Source: Zootoca vivipara
Taxonomy: Eukaryota
Assembly (NCBI RefSeq): GCF_963506605.1
Contig: NC_083285.1
Location: 1,674,001-1,738,000, forward strand
Reading direction: 5' to 3'
Length of the DNA stretch: 64,000 nt
In this document: positions 26,265-36,644 of the stretch, in pieces
Layout of the letters: every line of letters starts with the position of its first letter
Position numbering within the stretch: the first letter of the stretch is position 1
Notes under the pieces: generated by a model
What the model was told of the DNA's origin: nothing
Databases searched by the model: none
The model's input: the letters and a program-made list of their open reading frames with translations, nothing else
Translations under genes and position numbers: made by a program

Positions 26265-27781
26265 AAAATAAAAAAAATCATTCAGTAGCACCTTAAAGAC
26301 CAACTAAGTTTTTGTTTTGGTATGAGCTTTCGTGTGCATGCACACTTCTTCAGATACAGTGAAATAGAAGTCCCCAGGCACTTATGTAGAGAAGGGGTGG
26401 GGATGGGGAGGGGAGGGGGGATCACTCAGAAGGGTGGTGGAAGTGGGTGATTGACTGACTGATAGCTGTTGATGACCGAAAACGACTGCAAATGGTTTTG
26501 CATTAAAAAGCAAGGGTTGAGATGGCTGAAGATCGCTTATCATGTATAATGAGATAAGAATCCGATATCTCTGTTCAAACCAGGTCCCTCCATGGTTTTG
26601 AGCTTGGTGATAAGTTGTAATTCAGCAACTTCTCTTTCCAGTCTATTTCTGAAATTCTTTTGTAGTAAGACAGCTACTTTGAGATCTTGTATAGAATGTC
26701 CTGGGAGATTGAAGTGTTCTCCTACTGGTTTTTCTGTCTTCTGGTTCCTGATGTCAGATTTATGTCCATTTATCCTTTGGCGTAGGGTTTGGCCTGTTTG
26801 TCCAATATAGAGAGCTGAAGGGCACTGTTGGCATTTGATGGCATACACAATGTTAGAAGATGAGCAATTAAATAGTCCTGAGATGGTATGTTGGATGTTG
26901 TTGGGGCCAGTAATGATGTTGTCCGGGTGTATGTGGCAGCAAAGTTGGCATCTGGGTTTATTGCAGGCTCTGGTACCAGTGTCCATGTTAAGTCTGGTGG
27001 TTGTATTATTGTGGGTGAGGAGTTGTTTAAGATTGGGTGGCTGTCTGTAGGCAATGAAAGGTCTTCCTCCCAGAGCTTGAGAAAGGGAGCTGTCATTGTC
27101 CAGGAGAGGCTGTAGATCTCTGATGATGCGTTGTACTGTTTTAACTTGGGAGCTGTATGTGATGACTAGTGGTGTTTTGTTATTTTCTTTTTTGGGTCTG
27201 TCTTGCAGCAGGTTCTCTCTAGGTATCAGTCTGGCTCTGTTGATCTGTTGTTTAACTTCATCAGGTGGATATTTTAGTTCTAAAAAGGTTTGCTGTAGAT
27301 CTCTTAGGTGAGATTCTCTGTCTGTAGAGTTGGAACAGATGCGGTTGTAACGTAGGGCCTGGCTGTATACGATGGATTGTTTGGTATGTTTGGGATGGTA
27401 GCTAGAAGCATGTAGATATGTTTGTCGGTCAGTTGGTTTTCTGTATAAGGTGGTGTCTATACGTCCATCCTGTATTTTTATAGTAGTGTCCAAAAAATGT
27501 ATTTCTTGCATAGATTGGTTCATTGTTAGGTTGATGGTGGGGTGAAAGTCATTGAATGTCTGGTGGAAGGTTTCCAGGGTCTGTTGTCCATGTGTCCAGA
27601 TAATAAAAATATCGTCAATGTATCGCAGGTACAAGAGAGGTTTGAGTGGGTAGGAGTTTAGGAAACGTTGTTCTAAATCTGCCATGAAGATGTTGGCATA
27701 CTGTGGGGCCATGCGGGTGCCCATGGCTGTGCCGCTGATCTGGAGGAACAGGTCATCACCATGTTAAACTGTCCATCACCA
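26265..27781 (-). mobile_element. Penelope-like retroelement (probably Neptune clade), 5'-truncated; RT plus GIY-YIG ORF 27724-26540
   Basis: GTAMGTRMAPQYANIFM, YLRYIDDIF, TTLYRKPT, Cys-rich linker CNKPRCQLC and VYAIKC...YIGQT endonuclease motifs. 13-bp TSD tgaactcttcagt (26252-26264, 27782-27794). Confidence 0.95.
26320..26357 (-). ncRNA. Minimal type I hammerhead ribozyme motif in the Penelope pLTR
   Basis: Minus strand reads GUAU-CUGAAGA-A-GUGUG(CAUG)CACAC-GAAA-GCUC^AUAC: catalytic core boxes, 5-bp stem II, 4-bp stem I and palindromic AGCU in place of stem III. Confidence 0.75.
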
Positions 27782-28738
27782 TGAACTCTTCAGTGAGCAA
27801 TCTGATTCAGGAACTATTGAACAAGCTGCTAAAAAAGTGAACCTTCTCATACTCGGGTATAATAAGCAACTAATACAACTTGGGTCTTTCAGCTGGCAAC
27901 CAAGTGTTTGTATACACTGGTATAAAATATCAACACCTGGGGAGGTAGAGCAATCCTAAAAGGGCAGAGACAGGGCAGAAGGTGGAGGGTCCAGAGACTG
28001 GGGGAGTTGGTTGATTTGCAGAGCTTTGCCTGGTGCCCTGGCCTGACCCTGCAACACACTACTTCAGGACTTTCTGTTCTGCTCAGATCGCCTCTGCTTC
28101 TAAGCAATATGTAGTAAAACATTTATTTCAGCAATACAACAAATATATATTAAAGTCTTTTAAAACCGTAGTGATACAATAATAACAGTTTAACAATTAT
28201 ATATTTTTAAAAGGTATCCCCTGGTATTGAAAAGATAGCCAAGGAGGCACCAGGCAAGCTTCCTTGAGGAGAAAATTCCAATAATGTGGTGCTACAATTT
28301 AAAAGACCCTCTCTTCAATCACCACCCCCTTCACTTCCAATAGTGGGGAAACTTGGAGATGGGCCTCTGATGATGAACTAAGCAAGCACAGGCTGCTTTG
28401 GCGGCAGGCATTCCTTCAGGCATATTGATCCCAAGCTAAGAACATGTTCAAAAAGAGAATAGCAACTAATGCCACTACTTAAGATTAAGAGAGATGTGTT
28501 CCCACCTATGGATCCCAATCAACAGCCTTGCAGCTGAAGCTTCTGAGCAGCATTCAAAGGAAAACCCATAGTCTAACCTGGATGTTACCAGAGCAAGGAT
28601 AACTGCATCTAGGCAGCCGGCACATAAGCCTTAGCTAAGGGAAGGCGCTCTAGAGGCCCTGTCACCACTTGCACCTGGAGGGCCAAAGGTGGATCTAAAA
28701 GCACCTTGACCCCTCATGTTGGGCGTGGTTGTTTTGGA

Positions 28739-29213
28739 GAGCCAGTGTGGTGTAGTAGTTAAGAGCGGTAGACTCGTAATCTGGGGAACCAGCTGCTGGG
28801 TAACCTTGGGCTAGTCACACTTCTCTGAAGTTTCTCAGCCCCCCTCACCTCACAGAGTGTTTGTTGTGGGAGAGGAAGGGAAAGGAGAATGTTAGCCGCT
28901 TTGAGACTCCTTAAAGGTAAAGGGACCCCTGACCATTAGGTCCAGTCATGACCGACGGGTTGTGGCACAGGTCCAGTCATGACCGACTGGGGTTGTGGCG
29001 CTCATCTCACTCTATTCGCCGAGGGAGCCGGTGTACAGCTTCCAGGTCATGTGGCCAGCATGACTAAGCCGCTTATGGTGAACCAGAGCAGCGCACGGAA
29101 ACGCTGTTTACCTTCCCGCTGGAGGTAAGCACTTTGACGTGCTTTCGAACTGCTAGGTTAGCAGGAGATAAGGTAGTGATAAAGCGGGATATCAAATCTA
29201 AACTCTTCTTCTC
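28739..29213 (+). mobile_element. tRNA-derived SINE (Squam3-like), split by a Sauria SINE
   Basis: 28739-28913 plus 29169-29213 is colinear with the intact copy at 63208. Confidence 0.8.
28914..29168 (-). mobile_element. Sauria SINE, 5'-truncated, nested
   Basis: Begins aggtaaagggacccc (reverse complement of the family tail). Small internal duplication of aggtccagtcatgaccgac. Confidence 0.88.
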
Positions 29214-29448
29214 AGGGCCAGTGCAATCTCATCCACAACAGATTGAACTCCACCTCCTTGTCACCTCCTGCCAACAGTTCTTACACAGTAATACTTCAGT
29301 GTGTTCACAAGACTAAAGTTTCCCTTATATAAAAGTTAAAGGGCAAATTTGGACTTTCATTAAATTAAAAAACTAACAGCCTACAGAGAGAGAGAAAGCA
29401 AAATGTGTCTTTAGACGTTTTCCAACATTTCCATAATTTTATTTTATA

Positions 29449-30459
29449 CTAGCTGGCCCTGCCACGCGTTGCTGTGGGTTATTTGTGTGTTTTCCCCTAC
29501 CCTGTGCCGATCCATGACGTATCCCTGTGATTCCCCCACTCCTCCCCTCACCCCCCGGCTTATCCCTGTGATTCCCCCCTCATCCCTGCGAATCTCCCAA
29601 CTCTGTCCTGATCCATGACCTATTATGCCCCCTCTTCCCCCCACCCAACTTACCCCTGTGATTTCCCCCCTCTCCTCCACTAACCCCCCCACTTACCCCT
29701 GTGATTTTCCTCCTCTCCTCCGTCCAACCCCCGTGACCCGTTTATTTTGCACACAATCATTCCCCCAATGCGCGTGTTCTGTAAAATTTTGCCCTGTCCC
29801 AACCCTGACTCCCCTACCCACGTGTGTTATGTGAAATAACATTTATTATACCCAAAGGCATGGCCCTGTAAAAGGCCCATATTCAGTTGATTCTATGCTG
29901 CGGCCTATTCGGGGCCCCCCACCCCCCACCCAGGCAGGCCCCTAAATCCACTCAGCCTAGTCTGCAAAGCCGAGGCGAGATACTGTGGAGAGGGCAGGTT
30001 TCATCCCTGTGTCCCCCCCCCCCGTTCTGACCCATTACCTATCCCTGCCCCCTATTCGCCCCATCCCCCCCCAGGCAGGCCCCTACCTCCACTTGGCAAT
30101 GTTGGGCCTTGTTGCTGCAAAAGGCCTGTTTTCAGTTGGTTGCTGTGGAATTTTGTGATGTCATCTGGTGGTGCGGCTTTGGAGGCAGCAGTGTGCGATC
30201 TGCCTTTCTATTGGATGCTGCTGGAGTCTTCAGAGCTTCTGCTGGTGACGTCTAATTTGGGCGCCACTTTTTGTGTTTAATCATTATTTTAGGTATGAAA
30301 GGTTTGCTTTTTTGGAAAAAAAATTATGCCAGATCCCTCACTGATGGGCATGGAACGTTGTGGCCAAATTTGTTACATTACAGTTCAGCGGTTACGGAGA
30401 AAGGCTGTTACATCTGCGCGCGCAATGCCTACATTTTTATATATACAGTACTGTATAGA
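29449..30459 (-). mobile_element. Non-autonomous Helitron (about 1 kb) with internal minisatellite
   Basis: Minus strand: A|TCTATAC... 5' end; 3' hairpin CCACAGCAACGCGTGG about 10 nt before CTAG|T; no TSD. Internal tandem (tatccctgtgattccccc)-like units at 29520-29710. Confidence 0.75.
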
Positions 30460-31369
30460 TAAACTGATTTCTCTTATGTGTAAAGTATCTTAAATTAAGT
30501 TTCTTTGTTCCGCAACTGAGATGAAACATTGTAAAAGGAATTTTGAAGCAGTTTGTGAGGAAAGTAAAGCAATAGTCACTCCAAGTTATTGCTCAATAAA
30601 TCCACAACTGAAAGGGGAAAAATCAGTCCTACTAGCAACAACATGGTAAGTGGCGTCCATACTTTGTGGGTCCTCATGCAAAATACATTTTACATGCACA
30701 CAGCCCATTTAGTCTGATTATACATCAGCATCTAATCAATACCTTCTGAATGGAGATGAAACATTATTTCAATATCTTCTAGTAAGACAAAGAACATATC
30801 TTCAGAATGCATAAGAATTATACATGCATGTTTTTTAGACATTATAGTATATATTGTATATTATACACTTTGCCCATGTTCAGAGGCGATTTAAAAGCTT
30901 TGCCCAAGATTCTAAGACACACATAGTATGCAGTGCTACATTAAAAGAAAGAGAACAAATGGCATCCCTACCTCTCCAGATACACCTCACAGATGTACAA
31001 GCCCTTGCTCTCTCTCTGGGTGTCTTTGGAGAATATACAAGACTTTAATGTCTGCCCGTAAAGCGCCATTTTTTATATAAATATTTTTTATTAAAGGTTT
31101 CTTGAATTACAAAGGTGTGTGCAGTGTCTCTCATATTTTAACATGTATCATTTTTGCAAATCAGTTTCATTTGTTAAGACACTAAAGTGTCATTTTGTGC
31201 TTCCCACGAGACTGGAGGCAGGCATCCTTGGGAAAGGGGGGGGGGGGAAGACGGGCAAATCTGCCTCAGGGGCAAATATTAAAATACACCCCCCCCTACA
31301 CACAAAGCCCCTCACCCTCTTCTCGCACCTTGGCACAAAAGGAGGCGCACCTTCCCTCCCTATCGCACT

Positions 31370-32830
31370 TTGGGGTTAACTCGGGGGGGGGGGGAGGGAT
31401 TCAGCTTCGCACTCGGTTTGGGCGCCACCTGCACACCTGGGGAGCAGCCCCTCGTTTCCCTCAGCCATGATGGGGAGGGGGGAGGGGGGTCCGAAGGCCC
31501 CTCTTGGGCCAAGACCGTGACCGGGCTGAGAGGGGGCGGGGTCTGTGTCCGGCTTCTCCCCCCCCCCACCCGAGCGCAGGCGGAGCGCGAGGCTCCCTCC
31601 CCTTAAAGGCAGGTAGCGGCCCTCGCTGCTCGCCCCTCCCCTCCCAGGTTCCCTGGCGGGCGGGGCCGAAGCGGCCGTTGAAGGAGGCAGAGAGGAAACG
31701 CGGGAAAAGGGGGGTGGCTTAACCCTCTCGCTGCCGCGGCGGAGCCTTCTGTGCTGAGAGAGCGAGCCGGGCCGGCCAGACGCCCGGTGCATTGTGGGAC
31801 TGGCTGGCTGGGCTGGGGGGGCGAGGAGGTGGAGGGGAGTCCCGTTCGCGGGCGAGCGAGGAGCAGGCAGGGAGACGCGGTAAGAGGCCTGGGCGGGCGG
31901 ACTTAAAGGGGAACGCGGCCCCCTTCCCGCAGCCGCCACCAAGCTGGAGGGGCTGGGCAGGAAGAAAAGGCCTCTCCGCGGGCTTGAGGGGCGCGGCGGC
32001 GGCCAAGGCAGAGAGGGCCGGGCGGGCAGGCGGCGGAGAAGGATGGCTTCGGGCCGCTGTGGCCCAGAGCGGAGTCTGCGGGGAAGGCGGAGGAGGGGAT
32101 CTGCGGGCGCCAGGGCGGGGAAGGGGTTAACTTTACACCCGCCGACATTTTTCCTTGAGAGGAGAAAGAGGGAGCGCTCGCTGGCCCGCCGGCCGGCCGC
32201 GTGGAGCCCGAGTCCCCTCCCTTCCCTTCGGAGAAGCCGCCCCGAGGCCCCTCAGCCCGGCCGCCTTCGCTTCCCGCCCGCGTCGCGCTTCCCCGCCCCC
32301 CCCAAATGCCTTTAAATTCACCCGGCGAAAGGGTTAAACCTTTTCCTGAAGCGCCTCGGCGCGCGCACACGATGCCTGCCTGCCCTCCCTCCCTCCCTCC
32401 CACCCACCGCGGCCCCTTCCCTTTTAACTTCTTTTAACTGCCCCATAGATGTGTAGGGCGCATGGCGGCGGTGGCCCTTCCCCGAGGATTCCCTGTTTCT
32501 GTTCGCCAAAGGGCAGCGAGGGAGGCGGGAACCCTGCCGCCGCCTCTGCACAACAGCCAGTCGCTAAGGGCCCGGCGGGCATTACGGGAGGGTGGGCGAG
32601 CGGGTGGGCGACGTGAAGGTATGCGGGAGCCGGGGCTTCCTGTGCTGCAGGGCAGAGTCGCCCTCTCCGCTCCCCGGGCCAGGCATGGTTGTGAGCCCTT
32701 TCTGCACGTGGCTAGGTTTCCTTCCTGATAGGCGTGTCGGCCTAAAATGTATGTCCCTGCGCAGAATCTCAGAAGGGGGGTAGAGTTGGAAGGGACCGCG
32801 GGGGTCACCTGGCCCAAGGCCTTGCAGTGC
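31370..32830 (+). promoter_or_regulatory. SEPHS1: SEPHS1 CpG island / promoter
   Basis: Very GC- and CpG-rich, with GC boxes (ggggcgggg 31532, gggcgggg 31658). Lies about 2.4 kb upstream of the first coding exon. Confidence 0.88.
31730..31879 (+). other. SEPHS1: Probable non-coding exon 1 of SEPHS1 (start approximate)
   Basis: Good donor GCG|gtaaga at 31880 inside the CpG island. The first coding exon starts at an acceptor (35207), so an upstream exon is required. Confidence 0.55.
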
Positions 32831-32908
32831 AGGAGTCTCTTGCTCGACGTGGGGCTTGAACCCACGACCCTCAGATTGAGTCTCGTGCTCTACCAACTGT
32901 GCTCGTTT
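32772..32908 (-). mobile_element. tRNA-Lys-headed, CR1-tailed SINE (Squam2-like)
   Basis: Minus strand gagcacagttggtagagcacgagactcaatctgagggtcgtgggttcaagccccacg resembles tRNA-Lys(CTT) with a damaged anticodon loop, followed by the CR1 3' end (ggtcccttccaactcta). Confidence 0.78.
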
Positions 32909-33291
32909 GCCAGATCTACGGTGAAGCAAAGGTTAAATTCTCTGAGCAGTGTTGATTTTTGAACTAATGGAAACTGGGAGCTTCGTTTTTTCCGGACTGA
33001 CTTAATGCAGAACTTTAACTCTGTGTTTTCAAAGTTACAAAACAAAATTGCAAGAAATTGTCCTAAAGTGGTGGATAAAGTATGGTATTGCAAACACTAT
33101 AGTTGTTTGGAACACCTCTGCGCTCTTCTTTCCTCATTTCAGAAAACAGAAAAAAACATGTTCAGTCGAGATTCAGAATTTTGCATCTTTCCATTATATA
33201 GGAAGCTGCATTAAGTACTCCCAACTCTTTGCGTGGCTTATAAGGCTTATAGTTTTCCATGGGGAAAATAGGTGTCTGTTTCTCATTCAAA

Positions 33292-33607
33292 ATCACTGAG
33301 CCTAGGGCTTGCTGATCAGAAGGTCGGCGGTTCGAATCCCTGTGACGGGGTGAGCTCCCGTTGCTTGGTCCCAGCTCCTGCCAACCTAGCAGTTCGAAAG
33401 CATGTCAAAATGCAAGTAGATAAATAGGAACCGCTACAGCGGGAAGGTAAACGGTGTTTCCATGTGCTGCTCTGGTTTGCCAGAAGCAGCTTTGTCATGC
33501 TGGCCACATGACCGGAAGCTATACGCCGGCTCCCTCGGCCAATAATGCGAGATGAGCGCGCAACCCCAGAGTCGGTCACGACTGGACCTAATGGTCAGGG
33601 GTCCCTT
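33292..33607 (+). mobile_element. Sauria SINE in SEPHS1 intron 1
   Basis: Nearly identical to the 9885 copy. TSD ttctcattcaaa. Confidence 0.9.
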
Positions 33608-34579
33608 TTCTCATTCAAACTAGGATGGGTGGACTTGGTTTGCATTGTTGGACTCCCAACAACCCCAACTGGTTTGGCCAGGGAGGATGGAAGTTTGTTG
33701 CCCAACAACATCTGGAGGGAACAGAATGAGGAGAAAGCTCCTGTTTTGTTTGTGGGTTAAAGTTCAGTTCTTAACAGGAAACGTAGAGGAATCCATAACT
33801 TTTTACTGTCTATTAAATACAGTGGGCACAATTCCATTGAAATTGATTTGTTGATGTTACTGTTTCATTTTCGTAGTGTCATAGGTGCTTAACTTTGCTT
33901 GGGACTGCTTCAGACATAATGAACTCAGCTACAGATTTTCACTAACAGAAATTCCCTTTATGAAGTTTACAGCGGGTTAAACGAATCACTTTTTTGATGT
34001 GTCTAGATCCAGCCAATGTTTATCTTCTCAACTGCATCCCACACAAATGTCCCATTTTTTCCTGGGTACCCAGAGAGCGCAAAATCAAAATACATGTGTC
34101 TTTTTGTTTTACGCTCTCTTGGTTCTGCACCTTTGCTGGCCACCACTTGCTACGCACATATGAGGAGGGCTACAGCTTCTGGAAGAACGGTGCCACTTCC
34201 GGAAGTATGTCACTGTGGCCCTTCTCTGTGTGGTAGCAGGCGGATGCTTAGGCAGCAATGGGGAGGGCGAGCAGGCAGCAGCAGCAGGATGGTGTGTGTG
34301 TGTGTGTGATGTCCCAATTTCTTCTTGGGAAATGTTGGAGCATATGCAACTAAGGGTGGAGCAAAGTGGGACATCTTGGGCTGAATACACAGGTCAATTT
34401 GCTATAAACATAGCTGACCTTTTAACGCCCTGGTTTTCTGTAAGCCTGTCGGAAGATCATGTACATGCTACTATTATGCACTGAATTCAGTCCAGTTGGC
34501 TCGGCGCAGCACTTCTAAACTCATGTTTGGCATGTCATTAGAGACATAAATTGAATTCAACCATGGTAAACGTTCCCTT

Positions 34580-34902
34580 AAAGTCGTCCAGTTGTGGACA
34601 ACTCTGGGGTTGCGGCACTCATCTCGCTTTATAGGCCGAGGGAGCCGGCGTTTGTCTTCAGACAGCTTCTGGGTCATGTGGCCAGCATGACTACGCCGCT
34701 TCTGGCGAACCAGAGCAGCATGCGGAAATGCCGTTTACCTTCCCGCCGGAGCGGTACCTATTTATCTACTTGCACTTGATGTGCTTTCGAACTGCTAGGT
34801 TGGCAGGAGCAGGGACCGAACAACGGGAGCTCACCCCATTACAGGGATTCGAACCGCCAACCTTCTGATCAGCAAGTTGAGACCACAGCGCCACCCGCGT
34901 CC
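34580..34902 (-). mobile_element. Sauria SINE in SEPHS1 intron 1, inverted
   Basis: 12-bp TSD aaacgttccctt (34568-34579, 34903-34914). Confidence 0.9.
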
Positions 34903-35282
34903 AAACGTTCCCTTGCCACTTGTCAAAGTGACCTAAGGAGGGTGGGTAGTTTTATATCCATCCCCTGCTACAAAACTTGCAAGAAAGTGATTATGCAGGG
35001 GCTTTATATGCAAAAATGAATGTTGCCTTTTTTAAAAAAAAAAAATGTCAAGAGCTGGTAGCCTTAGTGAAGGAGGCATCTGTTCTTGCAATGTATGGTT
35101 GCAGCTCAGATTTTTACATAGAAGGGAAAAGATATATATGAGAAACTATTCTGCATAACAAGCTGAGAAAGTCTATATTGTATTAATACTTCTTTCTTCA
35201 AACTAGGATAATTACCAGGAAAGCATACCAACAAATTTCCTGAAGAAGAGAAAAAGCTTCTGGTACTTATTGTGTGGGAATC

Positions 35283-35475
35283 ATGTCTGTCCGGGAGTCC
35301 TTTAACCCAGAAAGTTATGAACTTGACAAGAGCTTTCGGCTAACAAGATTCACTGAACTTAAAGGCACTGGCTGTAAAGTGCCTCAGGACATTTTACAGA
35401 AATTGCTTGAATCTCTACAAGAAAATCACTTCCAGGAAGATGAACAGTTTTTGGGAGCTGTTATGCCTAGATTGG
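35283..35475 (+). CDS. SEPHS1: Selenophosphate synthetase 1, coding exon 1 (exon starts at acceptor 35207)
   Basis: ATG at 35283. Translates [42 protein letters not shown]...MPRL. Donor G|gtaagc. 193 nt. Confidence 0.98.
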
Positions 35476-35997
35476 GTAAGCAGTAGTTCTTCAATGATAT
35501 TTAATGGTTGTACCATGTGTTGGAGAATACAGAAAAGTAATGTACTCTGTGTGTGTACAAGGTTTATTTCACCAACAACAAGGTTAGTTATTTCACCAAT
35601 CAAAAATGCGTGGTCAATGGTGTATTTACTGCATCTGTATAGTCGCCCCATAACAGTTGCCCCATAACAAATTTTCTGGGCTGCTCCCAATGCAAAACAA
35701 CAGTAGCAACATTAAAATACAGTACAAAAGAATGAAAATCATAACAGATTAATTAAAAAACAGAAACACAAGTAAAACTTCAAACAGAGAGGCTCAAACT
35801 GTGAAATGCAAGTTGTTTAAAGGGTTTTTACATTTATTCTTATTCTTTAAGTTTTGTATATAACTTCCCTTAGAGGTATGTAAGTGAAGGCAGAGCATAA
35901 TTTTAAAAATAAAAATAAAATCAAGACACAAACAAGAAAGAGAAACAACCCGTGTAGAAGGGCAAACAAAGGGGAGGGGGGAACCCAAAATTATATA

Positions 35998-36639
35998 CAG
36001 TGGTACCTCGGTTTTCGAACGTCTCCATTGAACGTTTTGGGAACTCGGACGCCATAAACCCGGAAGTAAATTCTTTGGTTTTTAAACTCGTCTCAGAAGT
36101 TGAACCGGAAATGCGGCTTCCGTATTAAGTTTTGAGTTCTCAGTTTTCGAATGTTTTGGAACTTAAATGGTCTTCAGAAATGGATTACAGTGGTACCTCG
36201 GTTTATGAACACAATTGGTTCCGGAAGTCTGTTCATAAACTGAAGCGTTCATAAACTGAAGCGAACTTTCCCATTGAAAGTAATGGAAAGTGAATTAATC
36301 TGTTCCAGACGGTCCACGAGTACTTAAACTAAAGCGTTCATAAACTGAAGCGAACTTTCCCATTGAAAGTAATAGAAAGTGGATTAATCCGTTCCAGTCG
36401 GGTCCGCGGAGTACTCAACCTGAAGCGTACTTAACCCGAAGCATGGGTGTAATTGGTTCCGGAAGTCTGTTCATAAACTGAAGCGTTCATAAACTGAAGC
36501 GAACTTTCCCATTGAAAGTAATGGAAAGTGAATTAATCCATTCTAGATGGGTCCGCAGCATTCGCAAACCGAAAATTCGTAAACCGAGGTGTTCATAAAC
36601 CGACGTTCCACTGTATGTTTGAAAACTGAGGTACCACTG
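35998..36639. mobile_element. Nested TA-flanked MITEs (inner element 36188-36613)
   Basis: Outer and inner elements both start TA|cagtggtacctcgg and end ccactg|TA. The inner one has three tandem copies of its core. Confidence 0.85.
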
Positions 36640-36644
36640 TATTT

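Noticed and set aside
32842-32908. Functional tRNA-Lys gene
   Set aside because: Anticodon loop deleted, acceptor stem broken, and fused to a CR1 tail, so it is a SINE head.
31195-32929. Many overlapping Gly/Pro/Arg-rich ORFs on both strands
   Set aside because: Expected stop-codon scarcity in a CpG island; no recognisable protein.
36230-36560. CRISPR-like repeat-spacer array
   Set aside because: The intervening sequences are themselves repeated, the array sits within MITE TIRs, and the context is vertebrate.
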